Assembly: GCA_036479435.1 (NCBI GenBank)
Contig: JAZGFI010000249.1
Location: forward strand, 1-39,000
Reading direction: 5' to 3'
Source of the DNA: Planctomycetota bacterium
Lineage (GTDB): Bacteria; Planctomycetota; GCA-002687715; DRQF01
Length of the DNA stretch: 39,000 bases
Shown here piece by piece: positions 16,927 to 26,508 of this stretch (the first letter of the stretch is position 1; every line of letters starts with the position of its first letter). The notes under the pieces are model-generated. The model did no database searches and was not told the origin of the DNA. It saw only the letters and a program-made list of their open reading frames with translations. The position numbers and the translations under genes are program-made.

Positions 16927-17628
16927 CTAAGCCGGCGGCAGATCGAGGGCGAGGAGAGCTTCGGCGAGCTTCAGCGCCAAAACTTGGCTGCGGTCCCTTA
17001 GTTCCAACAACTCAGGCACCAACGAGGGATGCCGAAGCACCTGCCCGAAGATGTAGGACCGGCGGAACTGCCGTCCGTCGTAAGACATGACGACGGCGTT
17101 TGGCAAGTCGTCGCTGATGATGTCAGAGACGATGCGCAGTCCGGTGTAGGGAACGTCGTGTTGGCGAGCCCAGGCAAAGGCCGTGGCGCTTTCCATGTCC
17201 ACCAAATCCGCCGATGTTCTTAGCGCAAGCTTGGCTTTCGCGGCCGCATCTGCCGGTGCGGCGACACTTCTCAAGACGGTCGGTTGGTAGCCGAGTCGGC
17301 GAAAAGAAGCCTGCTCGGGAGTTGGCGGCAGCTCGTGGAAGGCATCTTCATCGGCAATCGCTTCAATAAAGCAAAGCTGTGAGCGCGGCAACTCGGGATG
17401 AAGCGCCCCCGCGAATCCCGCGTGAATTAAGCGGGCCGGAGGCGACTCTTCGAGCGTAGCCAGCCACTCGTTCATGTTCGCAGCCCCCGGACCGATCACA
17501 CGGACGTCGTGGACGGCGTCACCTTTTTGGGCTCGATAAGAACTTGCCGAACCTTTAAGCTCGTAGCCCCGAGAAGCGAGTAGTTTGCGAAACGGTGCCG
17601 CCTCTTCGATCAGGGCGAACAGGATCAC
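16927..17628 (-). CDS. hpnG: Hopanoid-associated nucleoside phosphorylase (HpnG-like)
   Basis: FALIEEA, GPGA, HAGFAGAL, LVDMESA and LRIVSD motifs of the PNP/UDP family; overlaps the shc stop codon. Confidence 0.75.
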   Translation of the reverse strand: MILFALIEEAAPFRKLLASRGYELKGSASSYRAQKGDAVHDVRVIGPGAANMNEWLATLEESPPARLIHAGFAGALHPELPRSQLCFIEAIADEDAFHELPPTPEQASFRRLGYQPTVLRSVAAPADAAAKAKLALRTSADLVDMESATAFAWARQHDVPYTGLRIVSDIISDDLPNAVVMSYDGRQFRRSYIFGQVLRHPSLVPELLELRDRSQVLALKLAEALLALDLPPA

Positions 17629-19646
17629 GAGACTTGTTCGCGGAGCTCACCACCGGAATTCGAACCAGAGCCCGGAAAAGTGGCAGCATCTTTGCCGCGG
17701 CGTCCGGCAATAGCGTCGCGCCACATCGCCACCGCCATGACCGGGAAATAGAGGCGATAGAGGTAGTAGCGCAAGTAGAAGACCTTCGGGAATCCGGTGC
17801 CGGTCCAATACTCTTCTTCCCAGCTACCGTCGCTTAGTTGCGTGGTTGTAAAGTAATCAATCGCGCGGCGGCAAGCCTTGCAGTCGGCGCGGCCCGCGGC
17901 GATGAGACCCATGAGCGCCCACGCCGTTTGACTGGGTGTCGACATCCCCTGTCCCATTTGGCTGGGATCTTCGTAGGACGCAATCGACTCGCCAAAACCG
18001 CCGTCTTCGTTTTGAACCGACTCCAACCAATCCGCCGCGCGGCGGATGTAGGGCTGCTCCATGTCCTCGCCGACTTCGGTGAGGCCGCGCAGGACCTGCC
18101 ACGTACCGTAGATGTAGTTGACGCCCCAGCGGCCGTACCAGGGCCCTATCGGATCCTGCTCGCGTTTGATGAACTTGATGGCGCGCTGGACATCGAGGTT
18201 GTCCTTGCGAATCCCAAACAGGCCCATCATTTCCAAGACACGCGCCGTGATGTCCGCAGTGGGCGGATCGATCATCGCGTTGTGATCGGCAAACGGGACG
18301 TTGGTCAGCAGGCGGCGGTTGTTGTCGCGGTCAAAAGCCGCCCAGCCCCCTTCGCGCGATTGCATCGCCCACACCCAACGCATTGCGCGCCCAAGGGCGC
18401 CATCAGCTTTTTCCGGCGCCACGCGCTTTAGAGCCATCATCACCATGATGGTGTCGTCAACGTCGGGATAGAATTCGTTTTGATACTCGAAATACCAGCC
18501 GCCCGGCTGCACGCCCTTTACTTTGTGAGACCAGTCGCCAAAGGACTTCACTTCGCGCGCGAGCAGCCAATCGGCAGCCGACTGCATCGAATCGTGGCTC
18601 TCGGGAAGCCCGGCCATCGCCATGGCATTGAGCGCAATCGATGTGTCCCAAACCGGTGAGTGGCAGGGTTGAATGCGAATCTCGTCGTCGGAAGACGGCA
18701 CGCGCAATCCTTTGAACGACTCCATGGCCATCTTGAAATGCGGTTCGTCTTCGTCGTATCCCAATGCATCGAAGGCGACGAGGCTGTAGAAAATCGGCGG
18801 GAAGATCGCTCCCAAGCCATCGCTCTTTTCGAAGCGCGCTTTCATCCAATCCATGGCGCGATTGATGGCGAGTTTCCGCAAGGGCCGAATCTTCAGCTTC
18901 CCATTGACGGACTCCGCAAGTTTCGCGGCCTTGTCCAACGACGAGAAAATGAGGCGCCAAGTCTTTGAAGTGCCATCAACTTCTTTGCGCTGATAGTCAA
19001 CCGCGGTTGCAACATCGACCCGAAGCTCGTCGATGCGGGCCGCCGCCGGCACTTCGCAGCAGGGCTTCAAGGCCCACACCAAAGACAGCGGGATAATGAT
19101 CGTCCGCGACCAACTCGACATCTCGTAGATGTTGAAGGGAAACCACTTCGGAAAAAGGATCAACTCTGGGGGCACCGCGGGGCATTCGTCCCAACCGACC
19201 TGCCCAAAAAGCGAGAGCGTCAACTTGGTGAAGGTGTTGCAGGCGTCAATGCCGCCCAGATCGCAAATGCGCTGGCGCGCGCGGGCCATGTGCGGCGCAT
19301 CGGGATCGTCCCCGAAAAGCTTCAAGGCAAAATAGGCCTTCACCGAAGCGCTAACGTCCGAGGGGCCACCGGGATAAAGCGAAAACCCACCCATTTCGTT
19401 CTGGCCGCGCCGCAAAAATCGCAGGCATTTTTCGAGTTCTTCCCGATCTCGGTCGGCACGACCCAAAAGGTAGTGAAGTAAGACGTACTCAGAGGAGAGG
19501 ATCGTGTCTCCTTCCAGCTCACCGACCCAATGCCCGTCGCTGTTTTGAGCCGCTGTCAGCGCCTGCACCGCGCGGCTCAAGACGAAGTTGGGGAGTTCCT
19601 TTTCGCCATTAGTGGCAGTTGGCCCCTGATCCTGACGGTTTTCCAT
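17625..19646 (-). CDS. shc: Squalene-hopene cyclase
   Basis: QNSDGHWVGELEGD, QPCHSPVWDT, catalytic YPDVDDT, WYGRWGVNYIYGT, QW repeats, TGTGFPKVFYLRY. Confidence 0.97.
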   Translation of the reverse strand: MENRQDQGPTATNGEKELPNFVLSRAVQALTAAQNSDGHWVGELEGDTILSSEYVLLHYLLGRADRDREELEKCLRFLRRGQNEMGGFSLYPGGPSDVSASVKAYFALKLFGDDPDAPHMARARQRICDLGGIDACNTFTKLTLSLFGQVGWDECPAVPPELILFPKWFPFNIYEMSSWSRTIIIPLSLVWALKPCCEVPAAARIDELRVDVATAVDYQRKEVDGTSKTWRLIFSSLDKAAKLAESVNGKLKIRPLRKLAINRAMDWMKARFEKSDGLGAIFPPIFYSLVAFDALGYDEDEPHFKMAMESFKGLRVPSSDDEIRIQPCHSPVWDTSIALNAMAMAGLPESHDSMQSAADWLLAREVKSFGDWSHKVKGVQPGGWYFEYQNEFYPDVDDTIMVMMALKRVAPEKADGALGRAMRWVWAMQSREGGWAAFDRDNNRRLLTNVPFADHNAMIDPPTADITARVLEMMGLFGIRKDNLDVQRAIKFIKREQDPIGPWYGRWGVNYIYGTWQVLRGLTEVGEDMEQPYIRRAADWLESVQNEDGGFGESIASYEDPSQMGQGMSTPSQTAWALMGLIAAGRADCKACRRAIDYFTTTQLSDGSWEEEYWTGTGFPKVFYLRYYLYRLYFPVMAVAMWRDAIAGRRGKDAATFPGSGSNSGGELREQVS

Positions 19647-20123
19647 GAACGAAAGTCTCTCGCTGAACGGCGCTTGAGCGATTCCCCGCGGTCGCCTGGG
19701 AACCTAAGGGGCGACCAGGAAGAGGCCGAAGACCCCGGGCTGGGGTTCGCGCTCCTCTCCGCGGGCGCTTACGCTCGGGCGGCAGCGCTGAGCATGACCG
19801 CGACCGCCCGCCGGTTCAAGGGGCCAGCCCTTATCCCAAACTGGCTGCGGACTTGGATTTCCGCCTTGGGCGTGCTCAAGGCCAACTGGGCAGGCCAGAC
19901 CGGTTCGAGATCGACCTTCCACCTTGTCATAGAGGGCAAAATCCGCTAATTCTGCCGTTGTAACCGCTGCGCTTTGACCGGCATTGTGGCCAGATCAGCG
20001 GGCCGTCTCAAATAGACGGGCACGCCGAATCGATGGGACTTTAGAGTCGCTCGTTTCGACGAAAATGGGACGCACCGGGTCGGCAAGGATTCTCCGCCGC
20101 CCCACGGTGCTTAAGAGGTGTCC

Positions 20124-21071
20124 ATGAAAGTACACTTGGCTCAACCGCGAGGCTTTTGCGCTGGCGTCGAACGCGCCATCGAAATCGTCGAGATCGCGCT
20201 CAGAACCTACGGTGCCCCGGTCTACGTGCGCAAGGAAATTGTCCACAACAAGACCGTCGTCGAAGGGCTCAAGCCCAAGGGCGTTGTTTTTGTCGAAGAA
20301 CTTAACGAGGTTCCCGACAACGCCGTCGTGGTCTTCAGTGCCCACGGAGTTTCTCCCGCGGTCAAGGCCGAAGCCGAAGCCCGCGGCCTCGACGTCATCG
20401 ACGCGACTTGCCCCTTGGTGGCCAAAGTCCACATCGAAGTCGTCAACTTCGTCAAAAGGGGCTTCGAAATCATCCTGATCGGTCACGCGGGCCACGAAGA
20501 AGTCGAAGGCACTATGGGCGAAGCGCCGGCCTCGACACACCTGGTCGAGACTCTGGCGGACGTTGACAAGCTCTCCTTCACTGCGGAACAGCAACTGGCA
20601 TTGGTGACGCAGACCACCCTTTCTCTCGACGACACCGCCGAGATCATGGCCGCCGTCAAAAAGAAATTCCCCCAGGCACACACGCCGCCAAAAGACGACA
20701 TCTGCTACGCGACCCAAAATCGCCAGCAGGCGGTCAAAAAGATGGTGGCGAACACCGATGTGTTCTTGATCCTGGGCGCATCAAACTCGTCGAACTCGGT
20801 GCGCCTCGCCGAAGTCGCCCAAAGCCATGGTTGCGCCGCTTACTTGATTCCTACGGCCACTGAGCTCGACCCGAACTGGCTCACCGGCAAAAAAACCGTC
20901 GGCGTCAGCGCCGGCGCATCGGCGCCCGAGAGTCTGGTTGATGAGTTGCTGATCAAACTCAGGGAACTTGGCTACGGCGACACGGAAACGGTCGTTTACG
21001 CGACCGAAAACGTGAAATTCCCGCTCCCCAAACAACTTCTCGCTTCCAGCGAGTCGAATGAACTAAGCTAA
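20124..21071 (+). CDS. ispH: 4-hydroxy-3-methylbut-2-enyl diphosphate reductase
   Basis: PRGFCAGV, EIVHN, FSAHGV, DATCPLV, HEEVEG, DICYATQNRQ, NSSNS, AGASAP; ATG 20124 after GAGG. Confidence 0.97.
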   Translation: MKVHLAQPRGFCAGVERAIEIVEIALRTYGAPVYVRKEIVHNKTVVEGLKPKGVVFVEELNEVPDNAVVVFSAHGVSPAVKAEAEARGLDVIDATCPLVAKVHIEVVNFVKRGFEIILIGHAGHEEVEGTMGEAPASTHLVETLADVDKLSFTAEQQLALVTQTTLSLDDTAEIMAAVKKKFPQAHTPPKDDICYATQNRQQAVKKMVANTDVFLILGASNSSNSVRLAEVAQSHGCAAYLIPTATELDPNWLTGKKTVGVSAGASAPESLVDELLIKLRELGYGDTETVVYATENVKFPLPKQLLASSESNELS

Positions 21072-21120
21072 CCCTTGGGTCCTGGCTTCCAGCCGCATCG
21101 GTGGACCCCGAGAGAACGAT

Positions 21121-22986
21121 ATGACTCAGTACCTTGATGACATCAACGGCCCCGAAGACCTCAAGGCCCTCCCTTTGGAGGCCTTGCCAGTTCTCGCCGA
21201 AGAGATTCGCGATCGCATCGTCGAAGTGATGCCCGTCAACGGCGGCCATTTCGCGCCCAGCCTTGGCGTGGTTGAGATCACGATCGCTTTGCACCGGGTG
21301 TTCGATTTCCGCAAGGATCAGCTCACTCTGGACGTGGCCCACCAATGCTACCCGCACAAGATGCTCACGGGCCGACGCGAGTGGTACCAAAAGATTCGCC
21401 TGAAGGGCGGACCCGCCGGCTACACCCGACCGGAAGAGAGCCCCTTTGATTGGTTCATGTGGGCCCACGCCGGAACGTCGATTTCGACGGCACTCGGCAT
21501 GGCTCGCGCTAACCACGGCGGCGACACTTGGTCGGTCGCCCTGATTGGCGACGGCTCAATCCCCACTGGCGTTGCTCTGGAGGCCCTTAACAACTGGGGC
21601 GTCCTCAAAGATGAGAAGTTGATTGTCATCTTAAATGACAACGACATGTCGATAGCTCCCAGCGTCGGCGGCATGTCGAACTACTTCAAACGCATCAAAC
21701 GCGAAGCCAAATCCGGAAACAAGTTCGCCGGTAGCGACGGCAGCAACGCCGAACTCGGTCGCTTTTTCGATGGCTTCAATATCGGCGATCTCTTCCAAGG
21801 CCCCTACGACGGCCACAATCTCTTTGCCTTGATCGACCTCTTCACCGAGATCAAAAAGAGCAACAAAGGTGCGCTCCTTCACCTTGAAACCGTGAAGGGC
21901 AAGGGACACCGCGAGGCCGAAAAGGATGCCTATAAGTGGCACGCCGTTGGCGGCGCCAAAGTACCCGCAGCAAAGAAAACCGAGTTCGCTCGATTTGGCT
22001 CCGTGCCCTACACCAAGGTCTTCGCCGACGCCCTCATCAAACGCGCGCGCCGTGACGACAAGGTACACGCCATCACCGCCGCAATGCCCAGCGGCACCGG
22101 GCTAGAGAAGTTCGAAGCTGAGTTCCCCGACCGTTTCTACGACGTCGGCATTGCCGAACAGCACGGCGTCGCCTTCGCCGCCGGACTCGCGAAGTGCGGC
22201 AAGACGGCGGTCGCCGCGATCTATTCGACCTTTTTGCAGCGCGCCTTCGACCAGCTGTTCCAAGAGATCGCCTTGAACCGCAATCCTGTTCTACTGTGCA
22301 TGGATCGCGCTGGCGTGGTTGGACCCGATGGCGCCACCCACAACGGTTGCTTCGACATTGCCTACACCCGCGCCTTGCCCCGCATCAACATCATGGCGCC
22401 GGCGGACGGCTCGGAACTCGAAGACATGATGAACATGTCCATGGATCTACGCATTCCCGCCGCAATCCGTTACCCGCGCACCGCGACGCCTAATCCCGAA
22501 AAAGAATACCCGCGCACGAACGAGCTTGAGCTCGGCCGCGCCGACATTCTGCGACGTGGTCGACACGGCGCGGTGATGGCCTACGGTTCGATGGTCTACC
22601 ACGCGATGGAAGCCGCCGAGATCCTAGCGAAAAGCGGCATCGAGTTGACGGTCTACAACGCACGCTTTGTCCGTCCCTTGGACATCGACATGCTGCGCGA
22701 CTCGCTTGAGAATCACCCCGTGGCCATCACCGTAGAGGAGCACACGATCCACGGTGGCTTTGGATCGGCCTGCCTCGAACAAGCGTCCCTCCACGGCCTC
22801 AGCGCACAGCGATTGCGCTTGGTGGGCATCGATGACGAATTCGTCGAGCACGGCACGCGATTCGAAATGCTCGAAGAGCTGGGACTCTCCCCCGCTCGCC
22901 TCGCCGACCGTTTTCGCGAAATGGTGCAGCAATGCCCCAAGATTGACTCGGCCGAAAACCTGACGCGAGAGTCAGAGAACTTCTAG
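21121..22986 (+). CDS. dxs: 1-deoxy-D-xylulose-5-phosphate synthase
   Basis: GGHFAPSLGVVE, HQCYPHKMLTGR, GDG...LNDN thiamine motif, DVGIAEQH, IYSTFLQRAFDQ, DRAGVVGPDGATH. Confidence 0.97.
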   Translation: MTQYLDDINGPEDLKALPLEALPVLAEEIRDRIVEVMPVNGGHFAPSLGVVEITIALHRVFDFRKDQLTLDVAHQCYPHKMLTGRREWYQKIRLKGGPAGYTRPEESPFDWFMWAHAGTSISTALGMARANHGGDTWSVALIGDGSIPTGVALEALNNWGVLKDEKLIVILNDNDMSIAPSVGGMSNYFKRIKREAKSGNKFAGSDGSNAELGRFFDGFNIGDLFQGPYDGHNLFALIDLFTEIKKSNKGALLHLETVKGKGHREAEKDAYKWHAVGGAKVPAAKKTEFARFGSVPYTKVFADALIKRARRDDKVHAITAAMPSGTGLEKFEAEFPDRFYDVGIAEQHGVAFAAGLAKCGKTAVAAIYSTFLQRAFDQLFQEIALNRNPVLLCMDRAGVVGPDGATHNGCFDIAYTRALPRINIMAPADGSELEDMMNMSMDLRIPAAIRYPRTATPNPEKEYPRTNELELGRADILRRGRHGAVMAYGSMVYHAMEAAEILAKSGIELTVYNARFVRPLDIDMLRDSLENHPVAITVEEHTIHGGFGSACLEQASLHGLSAQRLRLVGIDDEFVEHGTRFEMLEELGLSPARLADRFREMVQQCPKIDSAENLTRESENF

Positions 22987-23002
22987 CCGAATTCGCCCCG
23001 CA

Positions 23003-23077
23003 CCAAAAAACGAAGCGCCCACCATACTCATACTCAAATTCAGTTTGAATTTGAGCATGGTGGGCGCTTTGTTTTGG
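23003..23077. terminator. Bidirectional rho-independent terminator between convergent genes
   Basis: aagcgcccaccat..actcaaattca / tgaatttgagcatggtgggcgctt inverted repeat flanked by A- and T-tracts; one arm has a tactca duplication. Confidence 0.8.
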
Positions 23078-23098
23078 ACAAGATCGCCAGCCCCTGAA

Positions 23099-26071
23099 TT
23101 AGAGATCGAGTCGAACGCGCTTGGTCTCACCCGAAACAACATCGACCGTCGTGGTTTGGCTGTCGCGTTCGACCGACGCGATGACTTCGTAACGTCCCGA
23201 CACCAAGCTGAGAAAGTTGATCTCGGCTCCCACAACCCCGAATTGTGTCGTTTCGAATTTGGTCTCGGAGTCGATGCGTTTCAGACGGACGGAAGCAAAG
23301 GCATGAGCATTCGATCCGCCCCGATTCACCGTGACGACAAGTTGGCCTCCCGTCACCATTTGAAAATCCGCGAGTTCAGCGCCGCTAGATGCGACGACGA
23401 TAGCCCGCGAAACAACCGATTCGTATCCAGGCTTTGACAGGCTCAGGCTATAAGTCCCAGCTTCGATGTAGAGAATCTCGAAGTTGCCTTGAGCATCGCT
23501 CCGAATCTGAGCCGCACCGCGCCCCACCATGCCCGCGAAGTCGAAAGGTGAGGCGCCGAGGTTACCGCGGTTGACGTTTTCACGGTTGGGGTTGAGAGCC
23601 TCGAAACTGATCGCAACACCGGAAATCGGGCGGCGCGTTGAGCGGTCCGTTATCTGGCCTTTGATACTAGCTCCGGGGAGTTCGAGGTCGGCTTGGGCCG
23701 TACCGCCCTTGGCGACGGAGACCGATTCAGAGATCTTGGTATTGCGCCCCGGCAAGGTTAGCTCCACGCGGTATTCGCCACCTTCGACTTCTTCGAACTT
23801 GTACTGGCCATCCTTGTTGGTGGTCGCCGTCTTGCCGCCTAAAAGACTGAGCATGGTCGCTTGTTCGCCGCGTCCCAGAGATCGCAAGATGAGCTTGACA
23901 TCGGCTTGCGGAACGCCGTTGGCGCGGACAACGCCGCTGATCTCAGCTTTGCGTACAAGCACCAAGTTTCTCACCAGGTGACCACCTGAAACCAAAGAAA
24001 CTGCTTCACCCTGATCTTTGTCTTTGGTCCCGGAAGCGCCGCTCAACAATGCCGCGAATCCGGCCGTCGCGTCGCTGGCGGCTTTCTCGCGTGATACGGT
24101 GAGACGATAGTTGCCCGGGTTGAGCACTTTGAATTCGTAGCGGCCGCCAGTCTGGGTGCGCGCGGCAAGATTGCCCTTCATCGCGCCGCCCAAGAGGCGC
24201 CGAACACGGTCTTCGTTGCCGGCGTTCGGATCATCCTCGGTCAACTTGACGTAAGCACCTACAACGATTTCACCGTGATCGTCCCGCACGGTCCCGGTGA
24301 GTTTCGCGCCCGCGATGAGTAAGATTTCGATTTCGGTCTTGGGCTTAATCAAACTGACTTTTTGGCTCTCGCCTTTCGCATAGTCTTGGTGCTCGGCCGT
24401 GACTTCGTAGTTGCCCTTTTCGAGCCCGCGCAGGGCAAAGCGACCGTCTTTGTCGGACTTCGCACTGGCTCCGCCGCTAGCGTGATCGTCGCCCCTGAGG
24501 AGTTGACCGAAATCCATACTGCGATTCTTCAGGGAATCGCCGCTGTCTTTTGCGGCGCGTACCTTCACCCCAGCTTGCGGCAGACCTTCGGGATTGCGAA
24601 CAATTCCCGTCAAAAGAAACTCCGCCTGAAGGGCATAGCGTTCACTGTAGACGTCGCCGGGTTTAAGGTTGGTCACACTGGCCGTCTTCTCCGCATAGCC
24701 ATCGGCGCGGATAGCGAACTCCACGCGCGTACCGCGCAAGTCAACGACGGCAAACAAACCGGGCTCGTCGGGGATGCCTAAGCGCCGGGCCGCTTCTTCG
24801 CCAACCAAAGCGCCAGCCGGCGCGCCGGCCGTGCGGCTGAGCGAGCGAATACTGATCTCAATCTTCGAAGTAATCGGCGAGTTGTTGACATCGACAGCGA
24901 TGCCTTTGACCGTCGGGCTCGCCTTCAGCTTGAGCTCGACAAAGTCCTTATCGGCGGGGACGATTTCGTTTTTGGACTCAAGATAGCCTTGCTTGCTCAA
25001 AGCAAGTCTTACCGGGGCCTCATCGAGGCCAACGATAGAGAAGTTGCCATCGTCGTCGCTAATCGCTTCGCGAGCCGCGGCACCCCGACGCCCTGATCCG
25101 CGATTAGGTCGCATCATCCGCGAGCTTCGCGTGCCCGAGCTGCGAGTGGCTTTCACGAGCACGCCTGCGATGGGCTTGCCAACCACGTTCGTGATGTTTC
25201 CCGATACGGTTCGTCCCGTCTTAAGAGTCAGAGTTAATTCGGGAACCGCTTCCCCTTCACGGAGCTTGATCCGACTGGAGGCGACCACGGGACGATCATG
25301 AGTGTCGGCCCGTACGATGGCTTCGCCCTCTTCGAGACCGCGCAAGGAAAATCGTCCGTATTCGTCAGTGAGCGTGCTGCGGTGGTCGCCGGCGTTGAGG
25401 GCGCGGCTTAAGATCTGCGAGCCGATGTCGGTAGATCTTCGAAGCGGTGCCACTTCGGCGCTGACTTCGACACCGGGCATCGGCTCGTTGTTTTCATTGA
25501 CGACCAAACCGCGGATCTCGAGACCCGCCGACAATTCGATATCGCCCCATTCGATCGCGCTGTCTTCGGCTAGGCGAACGTCATCTCGGTGATCTTTGAA
25601 TTCGGGGTGCCGGATCAGGACTGCGTAGTTCGTCCGAGCCGGAAGACGGCTTTTGGCGAAGCGGCCATCGCTGCGACTTTTTAGGACCACCCAATTCGCG
25701 GAATTGGCGCCGCCGGAAAGGAAGCCGGACCAAGGTTGGCCCTGTGGTTTCAACCGGATGATGGCGCCTTCGATCGGCTCTCCCTCAGAGTCGACGACAC
25801 GGCCGCTGATGAAAGGAGCAAGCAATGGAGCGTCGGCTTCGTTGGCGTCCAACCCCGGGTCTTGCGAGCCCGCCCGCCCGGACTGAGGAGATCCACTCGT
25901 GCTGCGGTGATTTTGCCCACGGCGAGTCGCGCGATCGTCCAAGCGAGCTTCTTGCGTCGACTCGCCGGAGTTTTCGAACTCTTCGAGGTCGGGAGTATTC
26001 TGGAGATCCCAGACGTAAATGCCTACCCCAAGCAAGAGTAAGACCATTACGGGAACAACAAATCGAGCCAT
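23099..26071 (-). CDS. Membrane-anchored protein with multiple carboxypeptidase-regulatory-like beta-sandwich repeats
   Basis: N-terminal hydrophobic anchor; about 8 repeats of the type ISGRVVD..GEPI.GA...TD..GRF.L.GL..G.Y; AGGAGG RBS. Confidence 0.85.
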   Translation of the reverse strand: MARFVVPVMVLLLLGVGIYVWDLQNTPDLEEFENSGESTQEARLDDRATRRGQNHRSTSGSPQSGRAGSQDPGLDANEADAPLLAPFISGRVVDSEGEPIEGAIIRLKPQGQPWSGFLSGGANSANWVVLKSRSDGRFAKSRLPARTNYAVLIRHPEFKDHRDDVRLAEDSAIEWGDIELSAGLEIRGLVVNENNEPMPGVEVSAEVAPLRRSTDIGSQILSRALNAGDHRSTLTDEYGRFSLRGLEEGEAIVRADTHDRPVVASSRIKLREGEAVPELTLTLKTGRTVSGNITNVVGKPIAGVLVKATRSSGTRSSRMMRPNRGSGRRGAAAREAISDDDGNFSIVGLDEAPVRLALSKQGYLESKNEIVPADKDFVELKLKASPTVKGIAVDVNNSPITSKIEISIRSLSRTAGAPAGALVGEEAARRLGIPDEPGLFAVVDLRGTRVEFAIRADGYAEKTASVTNLKPGDVYSERYALQAEFLLTGIVRNPEGLPQAGVKVRAAKDSGDSLKNRSMDFGQLLRGDDHASGGASAKSDKDGRFALRGLEKGNYEVTAEHQDYAKGESQKVSLIKPKTEIEILLIAGAKLTGTVRDDHGEIVVGAYVKLTEDDPNAGNEDRVRRLLGGAMKGNLAARTQTGGRYEFKVLNPGNYRLTVSREKAASDATAGFAALLSGASGTKDKDQGEAVSLVSGGHLVRNLVLVRKAEISGVVRANGVPQADVKLILRSLGRGEQATMLSLLGGKTATTNKDGQYKFEEVEGGEYRVELTLPGRNTKISESVSVAKGGTAQADLELPGASIKGQITDRSTRRPISGVAISFEALNPNRENVNRGNLGASPFDFAGMVGRGAAQIRSDAQGNFEILYIEAGTYSLSLSKPGYESVVSRAIVVASSGAELADFQMVTGGQLVVTVNRGGSNAHAFASVRLKRIDSETKFETTQFGVVGAEINFLSLVSGRYEVIASVERDSQTTTVDVVSGETKRVRLDL

Positions 26072-26115
26072 GATCGCCTCCTTGAGCTACAAAGACGCAA
26101 AAGATGCCCAAAGAT

Positions 26116-26212
26116 CGCTAGATCTTTCGAATCGGCGCTAGATCTTTCGAATCGGCGCTCCATATCTATCGAAATTCCGCAGATAGATCTTTCGACATCC
26201 CATCGCCAGATC
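26116..26212. repeat. 20-bp tandem repeat plus degenerate AGATCT-core copies
   Basis: cgctagatctttcgaatcgg twice (26116-26155), catatctatcgaa (26161), tagatctttcga (26184), cagatct (26207). Confidence 0.75.
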
Positions 26213-26215
26213 TCG

Positions 26216-26257
26216 GAGAGGCCTCGATCGCAACTCAATCTCATTGCGAGGCCTCTC
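26216..26257. terminator. Hairpin downstream of tRNA-Leu; possible terminator or processing signal
   Basis: gagaggcctcg...cgaggcctctc inverted repeat; no clear U-tract. Confidence 0.4.
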
Positions 26258-26309
26258 GGCTTCGTCCGCAGCTCAGTTTTGGGTTAGGGCTTACTGAAAC
26301 CCTCGTAAA

Positions 26310-26391
26310 TGCGAAGGGAGGGGCTCGAACCCTCACACCTTTCGGTACAGGATCCTAAATCCTGCGCGTCTGCCAATTCCGCCACCCTCGC
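26310..26391 (-). tRNA. tRNA-Leu (anticodon TAG), CCA not encoded
   Basis: GCGAGGG/CCTTCGC acceptor stem, GGCGGAATTGGCAGACGC D-arm, CAGGA-TTTAGGA-TCCTG anticodon arm, long variable arm, GGTTCGAGCCC T-arm; 82 nt. Confidence 0.96.
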
Positions 26392-26402
26392 GTGGTGACC
26401 GG

Positions 26403-26411
26403 AGCTTAGCA
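26403..26411 (-). promoter_or_regulatory. Possible extended -10 element (TGcTAAGCT) for tRNA-Leu
   Basis: Minus strand reads TGCTAAGCT ending 11 nt upstream of the mature tRNA 5' end; -35 match weak. Confidence 0.35.
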
Positions 26412-26508
26412 GACTGTCGTCGAGCGCAAACCGCTGATAATGTCGGCCTCCCCCGCTTGTTCCCTTTCGAAAGACCAACGCGTGCGCCTGCCTCCAGAAA
26501 GCGAATTG

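Noticed and set aside
19647..20123. Small ORFs between shc and ispH
   Set aside because: No recognisable motif or RBS; more likely a divergent promoter region.
26116..26212. CRISPR array
   Set aside because: Repeats are adjacent or degenerate with no unique spacers, and no cas genes are present.
26310..26391. tRNA as an attachment site for an integrated element
   Set aside because: No integrase, and I found no duplicated tRNA 3' end in the window.
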